This document shows positions 18,998-28,003 of a DNA stretch of 64,000 nucleotides, in pieces. The stretch is from assembly GCA_051305945.1 (NCBI GenBank), contig JBPPMH010000100.1, positions 782 to 64,781 on the forward strand, given 5' to 3'. A program made the translations under genes and the position numbers. Numbering within the stretch: the first letter of the stretch is position 1; each line of letters begins with the position of its first letter. The notes beneath the pieces were generated by a model that had not been told where the DNA came from, searched no databases, and was given only the letters and a program-made list of their open reading frames with translations. The DNA is from Gemmatimonadaceae bacterium. GTDB taxonomy: Bacteria; Gemmatimonadota; Gemmatimonadetes; Gemmatimonadales; Gemmatimonadaceae.

Positions 18998-20059
18998 CTA
19001 CAGGCGGCGGGAATACGACAGAAAGATGAGGGTCTTTGCGAAGCCGCCGGCGTTGAGTGCGCCGGTGCGCTGCTCGAGCAAACTTTTCGTCCGATTGACC
19101 TTCACCCGGTACGGCACGCTGAGGCTCAGCATGTTCCTGCCGCTGGACACCGCCAGGCCGGGATCGGCGAACACCATGTAGGAGGTTCGTTTGGTCGTCG
19201 AATCGTCACCTCCGCCGAGCACGTCGCGGACTGGTATGCCGTCCATCCTCGCGCCGAGGCTCGCGCTCAACCCCGCGTCCGGCCACACGGCGAACGCCGC
19301 TCCCGCTCTCGCGGAATACACGTCGGGGACGGACCAGAATGGGCCGCTGACAGGCGCGGTTCGAACGTCGCTTCGTGCTTTCGGGCTGACCATGTATGAC
19401 GCGAAAGCGTAGCCGTGCGCCCGCGAGGTGAACTGCCTGAAAGCTCTCGTCTGCAACAGCAGCGCCCATCCGCCGTCGCCCGGCTGAATCGTTTGATCGG
19501 CAGGAAACTCCACCGGCGCATTGGCGCCATAGAATGTGCTTCCGATGGAATGGCTCCCTGTCGGAGCCTTGACGCCGATGCCAAAGGCGAGGTTTCCGTC
19601 TTCATTGTACAGCGGCTCGAGCGCCCACCCTTCGAGCAGCACGCTGACGTCGCCGATGCCGCGGGCACGTTGGACGTGGAATTCCTGGTCCGGCCAGACC
19701 CGCGCCAGGCTCGCCGTCGAGAACGGGACACTGACGCTCACCCTGTAGCGGTCGCTTATCGAATACGCGAGATCCGCGACTACGGTATGAATGCGGAATA
19801 CCGGCGACGTCCCGCCTGGCGCCAACGCGGGGTTCTCTCTGGTGCCTACGAACCAGTCCTTCGACACCAGCCCTCGGTACGCGAGCGTCAACTGCCACTC
19901 GCGCGCGGATAGATACGCGTCTTTTTCGCCGCCGAGGCTTACCGGCGCCGTGAATCGAATCGGCTCACAGCCCTGCGACCCGGCCCGCGACGGATAGGCC
20001 CAGGCGGCGGTAGCCGCGAAGACCGCGGGCAACAGCGCGCGGGATCTCACGGTCAACAT
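18998..20059 (-). CDS. Outer-membrane beta-barrel protein (putative)
   Basis: I chose the ATG at 20059 (MLTVRSRALLPAVFAATAAWA, a signal peptide). The longer ORF-track version overlaps gcvH antisense. The sequence has an alternating beta-strand pattern. Confidence 0.5.
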   Translation of the reverse strand: MLTVRSRALLPAVFAATAAWAYPSRAGSQGCEPIRFTAPVSLGGEKDAYLSAREWQLTLAYRGLVSKDWFVGTRENPALAPGGTSPVFRIHTVVADLAYSISDRYRVSVSVPFSTASLARVWPDQEFHVQRARGIGDVSVLLEGWALEPLYNEDGNLAFGIGVKAPTGSHSIGSTFYGANAPVEFPADQTIQPGDGGWALLLQTRAFRQFTSRAHGYAFASYMVSPKARSDVRTAPVSGPFWSVPDVYSARAGAAFAVWPDAGLSASLGARMDGIPVRDVLGGGDDSTTKRTSYMVFADPGLAVSSGRNMLSLSVPYRVKVNRTKSLLEQRTGALNAGGFAKTLIFLSYSRRL

Positions 20060-20299
20060 CCAAGGGAAGCGAGCGGCGCTCGGCAAAGCGGTGATCCCCA
20101 GCGGGAAAGAAGCGTCCGGTGCGACCTCGTGACCCAATAGATAGCCCTTTCCTGGCGAATCCGTGAGGCATTTCTTCGCGACCCGGGAAAAGAAGGTGTC
20201 GAGTGCGTGAATCGCGGCCCAAAGCCGGATTCTTGAAGCGGGCCGTGCCGCTCGCTTAATTCGAGTTGCAACTTTCCCAAGGCCCTGACCGGAGCAAAA

Positions 20300-20683
20300 T
20301 TGACGAACGTTCCTGGCGATCTGCGCTACACCGAGCAGCACGAGTACGTCCGCACTACCGCTCCCGGCGCCGTCGAGATCGGCATCACTGATTTCGCGCA
20401 GGGCGAGCTCGGCGACGTCGTCTACCTCGAGCTGCCGAAAGTCGGCGCGAAGTTCGCGCGGCACGACGTGTTCGGGACGATCGAGGCGGTGAAGGCCGTG
20501 TCGGAGCTGTTCAGTCCCGTCGCCGGCGAAGTCGTCGAGGTGAACGAGCGACTCGACAAGGAGCCCGCGCTGGTGAACAGCGATCCCTACGGCGCCGGGT
20601 GGATGATCCGGATGAAGCTCGACGACGCCGCCGAGACGGAGACTCTGATGACTGCCGAGGCGTACTCGCAGCTCACCGGTTGA
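20300..20683 (+). CDS. gcvH: Glycine cleavage system H protein
   Basis: It reads DLRYTEQHEYV...GITDFAQGELGDVVYLELP.VG...EAVKAVSELFSP, including the lipoyl-lysine motif. The start is a TTG. Confidence 0.9.
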   Translation: MTNVPGDLRYTEQHEYVRTTAPGAVEIGITDFAQGELGDVVYLELPKVGAKFARHDVFGTIEAVKAVSELFSPVAGEVVEVNERLDKEPALVNSDPYGAGWMIRMKLDDAAETETLMTAEAYSQLTG

Positions 20684-21106
20684 TCAGCTCGTTTCGTACG
20701 TCCGCTTCATGTGCTGCACCGATTCAGTAACGAGCTCCTGAAGCACGGCGTCGTCGAGGTCTGCTAGACGCTTGACGTAGAGGCACGACTTCCCCGTCTT
20801 GTGCTTTCCCAGCTTGTCGAGCAGCGCGGCATACTGATCGAAGCCGGCCATGATGTAAAGCGTCAGGTTGTCCTTGCGCGGGGAAAAGCCGGTGAGGAAC
20901 CAATCGCCCTCCCGGCCGCTGTCGTAGCGATAGTGGTAGCTGCCGAAGCCCACCATGCCTTTCCCCCAGAGCTTCGGCTCGGCGCCAGTGGCGCGCCGCA
21001 TGATCTCCACCACGCGCAAACATTCCTCACGCCGGGCGTCGTCCGTTATGGACGCCAGAAAATCCTGGACGCTGGCATCCGTGGCTTGTGTCTTCATGTC
21101 AGACAT
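20684..21106 (-). CDS. DUF1801 (YdhG-like) domain protein
   Basis: The pattern is VQDFLASITDDARREECLRVVEIMRRATGAEPKLWG..MVGFGSYHY. Confidence 0.65.
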   Translation of the reverse strand: MSDMKTQATDASVQDFLASITDDARREECLRVVEIMRRATGAEPKLWGKGMVGFGSYHYRYDSGREGDWFLTGFSPRKDNLTLYIMAGFDQYAALLDKLGKHKTGKSCLYVKRLADLDDAVLQELVTESVQHMKRTYETS

Positions 21107-21156
21107 ATGTGCCCCGTAAAGTGGTGAAGCATTCGCACCGCGCTACAATACCTTGC

Positions 21157-21942
21157 ATGCGCCTGACCATCCATACCCTCGTGGCCGTCGCGCTGGCTGC
21201 GGCCATCCCGCTCTCGGCTGAAGCTCAGGCTCGGCGGCCTCTGGTCGCCGTTTTCGCGCACCCCGACGACGAGCGCATCATCGGCCCGCTCCTGTCGCGG
21301 CTCGCGAGGGAAGGACGCGAGACCCATCTCGTGATCGCCACCGATGGCGCCAAGGGCGTTCGCGATTTCGCGCAAATTCCAGCCGGGCCAGAGCTGGCCG
21401 CCGCGCGCGTGCTGGAGGCAAGCTGCGCCGCTGAGCGGCTTGGCGTGCGACGGCTCCACCTGCTCGGCCTTCCGGACGGCGGCCTCGCGTCATTCGCCGA
21501 GCTGGGCAGGCTGCGCTCGGCGCTTGTGGCGATCCTCGACTCGCTCAATCCCGCGGCGATCATCACCATCGGTCCCGAGGGAGGCACTGGGCATCCCGAC
21601 CACCGGCTCGTGGGCAACGTCGTGACCCAGATCGTGCAGAGCGACGCGCGCTACCTGGACGTGGACCTGTTGTACGCGTCGCTGCCGACCGAGCGCCTGC
21701 GCACGGCCCCGCCGGCGCGGCCCGGTGTGAACGGCATGGCCGAGGCGCTGCTGACTGTACGCGTGCCGTTCGAGGAGCGGGACCTCGAGGCAGGTCGCGC
21801 GTCGTTCGCCTGTCATCGCACCCAGTACGCGCCGGCGGAGATGGACGCGGTCAATCGGTATCTGGCGCACGCGTGGAACGGGACTGTGTGGCTGCGTCCG
21901 TGGAACGGCGCGCTACGAGATCCCGGGCTATTCGTTCCCTGA
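21157..21942 (+). CDS. PIG-L/LmbE family deacetylase with a signal peptide
   Basis: I chose the start at MRLTIHTLVAVALAAAIPLSAEAQ. Motifs are VFAHPDDE, IATDGAKG and GHPDH. Confidence 0.8.
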   Translation: MRLTIHTLVAVALAAAIPLSAEAQARRPLVAVFAHPDDERIIGPLLSRLAREGRETHLVIATDGAKGVRDFAQIPAGPELAAARVLEASCAAERLGVRRLHLLGLPDGGLASFAELGRLRSALVAILDSLNPAAIITIGPEGGTGHPDHRLVGNVVTQIVQSDARYLDVDLLYASLPTERLRTAPPARPGVNGMAEALLTVRVPFEERDLEAGRASFACHRTQYAPAEMDAVNRYLAHAWNGTVWLRPWNGALRDPGLFVP

Positions 21943-22124
21943 GGCGCGGATGCAGGTCAAGGATAATTCGCAGCTTACGAAACAAGTTGCTAGCTGCCTA
22001 TCGACTCGGCGCGCCCGCCGAGCGTATGTTGCTGCATGCGGCCAATAGATGCTGAGTGCAGGCCTGGGATGGCGGCGTCGAGGCCAGGCGTCTACACCTT
22101 GTGTGCGCCCCAGCCGACTTCCTC

Positions 22125-22415
22125 ATGGCAACGACACGACTTCCCAGCGCGCTCCGCGAGTCGCTCGGTCCGCACGCAGCGGAGGATCTCGTGACGATCG
22201 TCGACGAGATGCGCGCAGAGCACGCTGCGTTTCGCGGCGATTTCGCAGAGTTCCAGCGCGAAATCAGCGCGCGGTTTGACCGGATCGATCAGCGTTTCCA
22301 GACGCTCGAGATCAAGCTCGGGGACGTAAAGGCCGACCTGATGAAGTGGTCGTTCGTCTTCTGGATCGGGGCGGTGACGGCCATCGCCGTGCTCGCGGGA
22401 GTGCTGGACCGCTAG
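22125..22415 (+). CDS. Small coiled-coil protein with a C-terminal TM segment (DUF1640-like)
   Basis: It reads MATTRLPSAL...FQREISARFDRIDQRFQTLEIKLGDVKADLMKWSFVFWIGAVTAIAVLAGVL. The start is uncertain (22056 or 22125). Confidence 0.4.
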   Translation: MATTRLPSALRESLGPHAAEDLVTIVDEMRAEHAAFRGDFAEFQREISARFDRIDQRFQTLEIKLGDVKADLMKWSFVFWIGAVTAIAVLAGVLDR

Positions 22416-22595
22416 GAGCCAGGATTCCCCCTGCTCAGGCTACGGACTGGAGACGCGCGGCGACAGCATGAGATCGAGCACCGTCTGGGAAACGGGCCGT
22501 GTAGCGCGCGGGCGAAGGCGAGCAGGTCGCTCGCGCGCAGGTACTCGCCTCCCGCCGCGGGGAAAACTGTGCGTGCTGATGGCAGCGGCTGATAT

Positions 22596-24533
22596 TTGGA
22601 AGTGATGCCATCGATCATACGCTTGCGGGTGACCATGGCGAGCGCCATCGCTCTGATTGCGATTGCGGCGTTCGTCGTTTCTCGGACTCGGCCAGCTCGA
22701 ATGCAATCCGGCGACAATCCCCGCGCCGAGTTCGTCGGCGCCAACGCGTGCGCATCGTGCCATTCAGCCGAGGCCGCGTCATGGAAATCGTCGCAGCATG
22801 CCATGGCCATGCAGAACGCCAAGCCAGGCACAGTGCTCGGCCACTTCGACAGCACGCGCTTCACGACTGACGACATCACGTCGACGTTCTTTCGCCGCGG
22901 CGATCGCTACTTCGTCAACACCGACGGCGAAGACGGCTCACTCCACGATTATGAGATTCGCTGGACATTCGGCGTCTATCCGCTTCAGCAGTATCTCGTC
23001 GAGCTCGCACGCGGACGCGCGCAGGCGCTTACCCTCGCATGGGATGCTCGCCCCGTGGATCAGGGTGGGCAGCGCTGGTTCTCGCTCACCACTGGCCATA
23101 GCGCGGGGCCCCAGGACCCGCTGCATTGGACCGGCGGCGGGTACAACTGGAACCACAGCTGTGCCGATTGTCATTCCACGGCGGTCAGAAAAAGATATGA
23201 CGAGAGCACGAACCAGTTCCGGACCTCTTTCGCCGAGCTCAACGTGGCTTGCGAGGCGTGTCATGGTCCGGGCTCGAAGCACGCGAGGTGGGGCCGCTAT
23301 CCTGCGTTCCTGCGGAGGATTTTCTGGCGGGACGATGGACTCGAATCAGCGCTCACCGAGCGACATGGGGTGCATTGGGCGACTGATTCGAGCTCGGGAC
23401 TGATCAGCCGCAGCGCGCCGCGTCGCACCGATCACGAGATCGATGTGTGCGCGCAGTGTCACGCTAGTCGCACTCACATTGCCGATGGCTACACGGCCGG
23501 AGCGCGCCTGCTCGACTATTACATCCCGACTATCATCGCCGAGCTCTACTATCCCGACGGGCAACAAAAGGAGGAAGTGTACGACTACGGTTCTTTTCTC
23601 CAGAGCAGGATGTACGCAGCTGGTGTGACCTGTTCCGATTGTCACGATCCGCACACCGCGAAACTTCGTCTACCCGGGAACAAGGTCTGCACCCAGTGTC
23701 ACTCTGCGCCGAAGTACGACACTCCGGCGCACCATCATCACCGTGACGGCGGTCCCGGTGCGGCGTGCGCTGCCTGTCATATGCCGGCAACTGTATATAT
23801 GGAGATCGATCCGCGGCACGATCACAGCATTCGAATTCCGCGCCCGGATCTGAGCGTCACGCTCGGTGTGCCCAATGCCTGCACAGGATGCCACGGGGAT
23901 CGGGACGGACGGTGGGCAGCCTCGCTGGTGGATGTCTGGTATCAGAATCCGCGTCGGGGATTTCAGCGATTTGCCGACGCGTTTGCGGCTGACGATCGAC
24001 GTGAATCGAGCGCGGCGGGCGTGCTGGCACGCGTTGCGACCGATTCATCACAGCCATGGTTCGTGCGCGCGTCAGCGCTCGGACGACTTGCGGCTCATCC
24101 GGGGTCGGTCTCGCTCCAAACGGCACGCGCTCAGGCGCGCGACAGCCGCCCGTTGGTTCGACTCGCCGCTCTGCAGATCGCCGAAGGCTTTGACATTTCT
24201 GATCGACTGGAGCTTGCCGTGCCGATGCTTTTCGACAGCACCCGCGCCGTCCGCCAGGGCGCCGCGTGGCTGCTTGCGCCCGTTGCCGATTCGCTGCGCA
24301 GCGGGGCTGAGCGCCGCGCGTTCGACATGGCTGCGGCGGAATTCGTGGCCAGTCAACGCTACAATGCCGACCAGCCGGGGGCCCACGTCGTTCTCGGCGT
24401 GTTTTTCATGCAGCGGGGTCAACTCGATCAGGCTGAAGCAGAGTTCAGGGCAGCGGTGCGGCTGGATCCACAAATGCCGGCGGCGGAACGCGGACTTGCT
24501 GCGATCAGGACCGCCCGGGCCGGGCCTAATTAG
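22596..24533 (+). CDS. Octaheme c-type cytochrome fused to a C-terminal HEAT/TPR-like region
   Basis: Eight CxxCH motifs are present: CASCH, CADCH, CEACH, CAQCH, CSDCH, CTQCH, CAACH and CTGCH. It has an N-terminal TM or signal segment and a helical-repeat C-terminus. Confidence 0.85.
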   Translation: MEVMPSIIRLRVTMASAIALIAIAAFVVSRTRPARMQSGDNPRAEFVGANACASCHSAEAASWKSSQHAMAMQNAKPGTVLGHFDSTRFTTDDITSTFFRRGDRYFVNTDGEDGSLHDYEIRWTFGVYPLQQYLVELARGRAQALTLAWDARPVDQGGQRWFSLTTGHSAGPQDPLHWTGGGYNWNHSCADCHSTAVRKRYDESTNQFRTSFAELNVACEACHGPGSKHARWGRYPAFLRRIFWRDDGLESALTERHGVHWATDSSSGLISRSAPRRTDHEIDVCAQCHASRTHIADGYTAGARLLDYYIPTIIAELYYPDGQQKEEVYDYGSFLQSRMYAAGVTCSDCHDPHTAKLRLPGNKVCTQCHSAPKYDTPAHHHHRDGGPGAACAACHMPATVYMEIDPRHDHSIRIPRPDLSVTLGVPNACTGCHGDRDGRWAASLVDVWYQNPRRGFQRFADAFAADDRRESSAAGVLARVATDSSQPWFVRASALGRLAAHPGSVSLQTARAQARDSRPLVRLAALQIAEGFDISDRLELAVPMLFDSTRAVRQGAAWLLAPVADSLRSGAERRAFDMAAAEFVASQRYNADQPGAHVVLGVFFMQRGQLDQAEAEFRAAVRLDPQMPAAERGLAAIRTARAGPN

Positions 24534-24758
24534 GAGTTGGGCTTCGCGACAACACGGCTCCACGCGACTAGAGTTGTCCGCTGCCCCGGACATCACATCT
24601 CCTCCAGCAGCCAGCGGGCGGCCGGCGCCCAGGTGAGTCCGTCCGGCATGCGCCGCCGCGGCGGCCGCTACCAGCGCCCGCAGCTCGCGCGACCAGGTCT
24701 CGTCGCCCTCGCTCTCCAGGCACGCCTGGATGAGAAGTGGCGCCTCGCCGGCCGGGAC

Positions 24759-24896
24759 TTAAAGCGCGGGTAGCACTATTCGTGGAACGACAACTTTCGA
24801 TTGCGTTTTCCGCAAATAGTCCAACAATATTGCGAATTCCGGTGTTCTCATCTGGAAGTCGGCCTGCAGCACGTTAGTATCGAGAACAAGGAGCAT
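24759..24896 (-). pseudogene. N-terminal remnant of a PIN-like protein
   Basis: MLLVLDTNVLQADFQMRTPEFAILLDYLRKTQSKVVVPRIVLPAL stops after 45 aa. The stop falls exactly where composition switches to high G+C at about 24770. Confidence 0.3.
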
Positions 24897-25169
24897 GAGT
24901 GTAGGGGCCGTGGGGATGCCACATTTTGATAAGACGACAACGATATCCGCAGGCGCCGTAAACAGGCTGCAAGGCAAGACGAGAAGGGACACCGATCTCC
25001 TGCAGGACCCTCTATCTCATCCTCTTTCCTACGGCGCATTTCGGAAGGCGCGAGACTCGCACAACGCGTAGCCGCCTAAGCGGGCGTCGCGGACGGTGAG
25101 GCTGAGGGCCTCGCTAGCACATCGCAGATTCGGCAAAGCATCCAAGTCCGCAGGCCATAGAGGCATGGA

Positions 25170-25703
25170 TTACGTAACGATATGAGTCCAGGCTCCGTCG
25201 ACCTGAAACACGTTGAAGCCACCGCGACGGTTCTGCACGAGAAAAGCGAGCCAGTTTCCGTCTAGATCGAACCAGTTGAAGCCGGCTCGCCCGTTGGATA
25301 CAAGGAACCCAATCCAACGATTGTTAACATCGAAAACAAGTTCTACTCGGTCACTGGCATGGAGGATATATCCCGTCGGGGTCAAATCGAGATCAAATAA
25401 GTAGTACCCATGGATCTCCGAGCTAAGATGTGGATTCTTCGATGGAGTGCGTTTCGGATCAAGCGATGGCGAGCGCGTGGGATTGATGGATGGTGATCGG
25501 AAGGGATTGATAGACGGCGATCGGGCCGGGTTCAAGGAAGGCGCGCGCGCTGGATTTATCGAGGGAGACCTCAACGGATTGATGGATGGGGACCTCGCGG
25601 GATTCAGCGAAGGCGATCTCAGGGGGTTAATCGATGGAGACCGAAATGGGTTGACTGACGGAGAATGCCTAGGATCGCGCAGTCGTGGCACTCTCATTTG
25701 CAT
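25170..25703 (-). CDS. Octapeptide-repeat protein of unknown function
   Basis: About ten copies of R-S-P-S-(I/L/V)-N-P-x are followed by a C-terminal domain with internal W..F(L)V.N.R.GFN.F..DG.W repeats. Confidence 0.6.
   Translation of the reverse strand: MQMRVPRLRDPRHSPSVNPFRSPSINPLRSPSLNPARSPSINPLRSPSINPARAPSLNPARSPSINPFRSPSINPTRSPSLDPKRTPSKNPHLSSEIHGYYLFDLDLTPTGYILHASDRVELVFDVNNRWIGFLVSNGRAGFNWFDLDGNWLAFLVQNRRGGFNVFQVDGAWTHIVT
25428..25673 (-). repeat. Tandem 24-nt coding repeats (RSPSINPx)n
   Basis: The periodicity is visible on the plus strand as ggattgat(g/a)ga(t/c)gg(t/c)gatcg... units and in the translation. Confidence 0.9.
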
Positions 25704-25777
25704 TCTCCTCTCGATTCTTGGTGCAAGGCTGCAAGGAGCAGGGTCATGTTAAACGTCACACGTAAAGATCCAAGGAG

Positions 25778-26332
25778 TCACGCTGGCTTATCCTGCTCCT
25801 TGCCGGCGGATTCTATCCAAGCCACCAGATCACCCTCGATGCCCAAGTCTTGTCGTGCTTCCCTGATGAACAGGTTCGAAGTTCGCCTAAGGGACTCTAT
25901 ATCCTTGCCTTTGTCTCGGCTACTTGGAAGCTTGCGGGCGTAGGCTTCGACGAGAAGGCCTATCTTAGCGACGGTATCTGGAGCCACTAGAAGGAGCCGA
26001 AACTCAGCGCGCGAAAACCTCTCGGCAATTTGCGAAGCTTCTTGCACCGTGACTGTCGGGATGCCGGCATACCGCAATTGGTCCGAGCTCGATAAGAACT
26101 CGGCGTACGCTTCCAAACGCTCCCTTCTCTTACCTGCTTCCGTGTCACGCTCGTGACGTAAGAGCTCGCGACGAGCGTCATCTGCTCTTCGTTCCCTATC
26201 TAGCGACGCGGCGGCGTCCGCCTGGGCTTGAACTGATTTCCGGGCGGATCGTTGGGTCAGCGCAACGCCGCTCAAAGTCGCAAGTGCGGTAATCAGCGCT
26301 ACGATGAACGGCGAAAGCGATTCGAGGGGCAT
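25778..26332 (-). CDS. Hypothetical membrane-anchored coiled-coil protein
   Basis: An N-terminal TM segment (FIVALITALATLSGVAL) is followed by a charged helical region. I recognise no family. Confidence 0.5.
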   Translation of the reverse strand: MPLESLSPFIVALITALATLSGVALTQRSARKSVQAQADAAASLDRERRADDARRELLRHERDTEAGKRRERLEAYAEFLSSSDQLRYAGIPTVTVQEASQIAERFSRAEFRLLLVAPDTVAKIGLLVEAYARKLPSSRDKGKDIESLRRTSNLFIREARQDLGIEGDLVAWIESAGKEQDKPA

Positions 26333-26604
26333 GGGTGCAAACCATCTGTGACGTTTAACTTCAGATTACGCAGCGTGATATATCGCAGAGACCGGCGAAA
26401 CGCTTCAAGCCGGCGCGGGAATCCGCGCATCGCCAAAATGGGGCTTCGCACCGCAATGTCGCTCGCGTATGCACTTGCGCACCCCGCCGGGCGTCGGGAA
26501 TATCCTGCAAAAAAATCCTGCCTCTTTCCGCGTAATCGGCACGGAGGACTGAAGGTCAGCTCGAAAGGCTCTCCGTCCCGCTTATGGCAGCACCACCTGG
26601 AACC

Positions 26605-27082
26605 GCTCATCCGCTCGGCTGCGCCTCCGCATACGCATCCGTCGGCAGACACGAGCACACCAGGTTCCGGTCCCCGTATGCGCTTTCCACCCGCGCCACT
26701 GCCGGCCAGAACTTTCTTCCTCGGATCCACGCCGCCGGAAACGCGGCCTGCTTGCGCGTGTAGCCGTGCGTCCACGCTGTCGCCGTGACCCGCTCCAAAG
26801 TGTGCGGCGCGTTTTTCAAAACGTTGTCCTGCTTGTCCGCCGTCCCGATCTCGATCTCGCGGATCTCCTCCCGAATCGAGATCATCGCGTCGCAGAACCG
26901 GTCGAGCTCGGCCAGCGACTCGCTCTCGGTCGGCTCGATCATCAGCGTGCCCGCCACCGGGAATGACACGGTCGGCGCGTGGAAGCCGTAGTCCATGAGC
27001 CGCTTGGCGATGTCCTCCACCTCCACGCCCGACGCGCCCTTCACCACGCGCGTGTCCAGGATGCACTCGTGCGCCACGGTCC
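26605..27082. repeat. Left copy of a diverged direct repeat, matching gcvP 3' end 29693-30170
   Basis: The two copies align base by base from just past the stop codon to ...gcactcgtgcgccacggtcc, with scattered, mostly third-position differences. Confidence 0.9.
26607..27077 (-). pseudogene. Displaced 3' fragment of glycine dehydrogenase (gcvP'), last 156 codons
   Basis: Compared with the GcvP C-terminus, the translation differs at 6 positions plus the start-codon position (L/V, K/E, A/E, R/K, A/V, E/D). There is no upstream coding continuation. Confidence 0.9.
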
Positions 27083-27085
27083 GCC

Positions 27086-27463
27086 TTATTTCCGCTTCGA
27101 AAAGTAGCGCACATGTGGAATCCCTTCAAAATCGCCGTCCATCGTCCAGATCGTAGCGCCGAACTGCTTCGCTGTCGCCAGAATGATACTGTCCGCCAAA
27201 GGGAGCTTGTGCGCAATCCCAAGCTGGGCGGCACTGAGCGCCAGCCCGCTGTCGAGGTCCACGACCAGGCCTTGGTGAAGCACGGCAGCTATCTGCAGCG
27301 CCTCATCCTCGCCTCGCTGCTGCATGACTCGCCGACATACCTCGACGAGGACGATGGTCGGGACCACCAACGACTCCACATCCTCGATCACGCGAGCAAA
27401 CTGCCCTGCCTGTGGCCCGGCGCCAAAGTATTCGAGCCACGCCGACGAGTCGACCAGATTCAC
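27086..27463 (-). CDS. vapC: PIN-domain toxin VapC
   Basis: It reads [13 protein letters not shown]...VLVEV...[10 protein letters not shown]...TMDGDF, with the conserved D/E/D/D acidic residues. There is a 4-nt overlap with the upstream antitoxin. Confidence 0.85.
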   Translation of the reverse strand: MNLVDSSAWLEYFGAGPQAGQFARVIEDVESLVVPTIVLVEVCRRVMQQRGEDEALQIAAVLHQGLVVDLDSGLALSAAQLGIAHKLPLADSIILATAKQFGATIWTMDGDFEGIPHVRYFSKRK

Positions 27464-27666
27464 ACCCGATCCTTGTCGCGGACCACGGTCGAATCGATGC
27501 CCTTGAGGAAACCACGCATTTCCCGCATGGCGCGGACGGGAATGAACTCGATCCGGTTCTGATACTGGAGTGCCTGCACCTTCTGGCCGGGCTCCAGCCG
27601 CAAGGCCTCGCGGATATCGCGGGGGATGACGACTTGGAACTTGGGGGACACGGTGACAACGGACAT
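27460..27666 (-). CDS. vapB: AbrB/SpoVT-type antitoxin VapB
   Basis: I chose the start at MSVVTVSPKFQVVIPRDIREALRLEPGQKV..., which is the swapped-hairpin motif. Confidence 0.8.
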   Translation of the reverse strand: MSVVTVSPKFQVVIPRDIREALRLEPGQKVQALQYQNRIEFIPVRAMREMRGFLKGIDSTVVRDKDRV

Positions 27667-27731
27667 GGCGACCTCATCGATAGGCGTTCTGTACAACGAT
27701 ATGTCAATCGATGGAATCGCGCAATGCGCCG

Positions 27732-27988
27732 CTAGTCGGGCTCCACGTTCCGCTGCAGGTTAAGCCAGAACTCGGGCGACGTCCCGAACAGCTTCCCGAG
27801 CCGGAGCGCCATCTCGGTGCTCACCGTGCGGCGCTCACGCAGGAGCTCGTTCATCGACTGCCGGAGACGCCGGCAGCCTCGGCCAGCGCCGTGACCGACA
27901 GTCCATACTCCGGCAGGAACTCCTCGCGGAGGATCTCCCCCGGATGGACGGGGCGACGCGCGAGGGGACGGGTGTTGGGTATGCTCAT
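27732..27988 (-). pseudogene. higA: HigA-type HTH antitoxin, frameshifted
   Basis: From the ATG at 27988 the frame reads MSIPNTRPLARRPVHPGEILREEFLPEYGLSVTALAEAAGVSGSR* . The next frame continues RQSMNELLRERRTVSTEMALRLGKLFGTSPEFWLNLQRNVEPD* . A missing base near 27862-27866 (GTCTCC-GGCAG) explains the break. Confidence 0.75.
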
Positions 27989-28003
27989 CGGGTCACACTC
28001 CAG

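Noticed and set aside
20060-20299. Possible glycine riboswitch in the 240-nt leader of gcvH.
   Set aside because: I could not find the conserved GGAGAG ... ACCGAAGGGGCAA ... CUCAGGCAAAAGGAC elements. Only loose fragments appear (ctcggcaaagcgg; accggagcaaaa abutting the start codon). An Infernal scan with RF00504 would settle it.
22412-22879. The 155-aa minus-strand ORF spanning the gap before the cytochrome gene.
   Set aside because: Most of it is antisense to the cytochrome N-terminus. It has no signal, motif or RBS context, so it is probably a shadow ORF.
24537-24773. ORFs in the high-G+C gap after the cytochrome gene: 24537..24773 (+) and 24072..24596 (-).
   Set aside because: They have no motifs and a low-complexity composition, and one runs antisense into the cytochrome 3' end. 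I treat the region as a non-coding scar at the border of the accessory tract.
25428-25673. Whether the tandem repeats here, at 10475-10612, and in the heptamer arrays are CRISPR arrays.
   Set aside because: The periods are 7, 12 or 24 nt with no unique spacers. The 24-nt repeats lie in frame inside ORFs. No cas genes are present.
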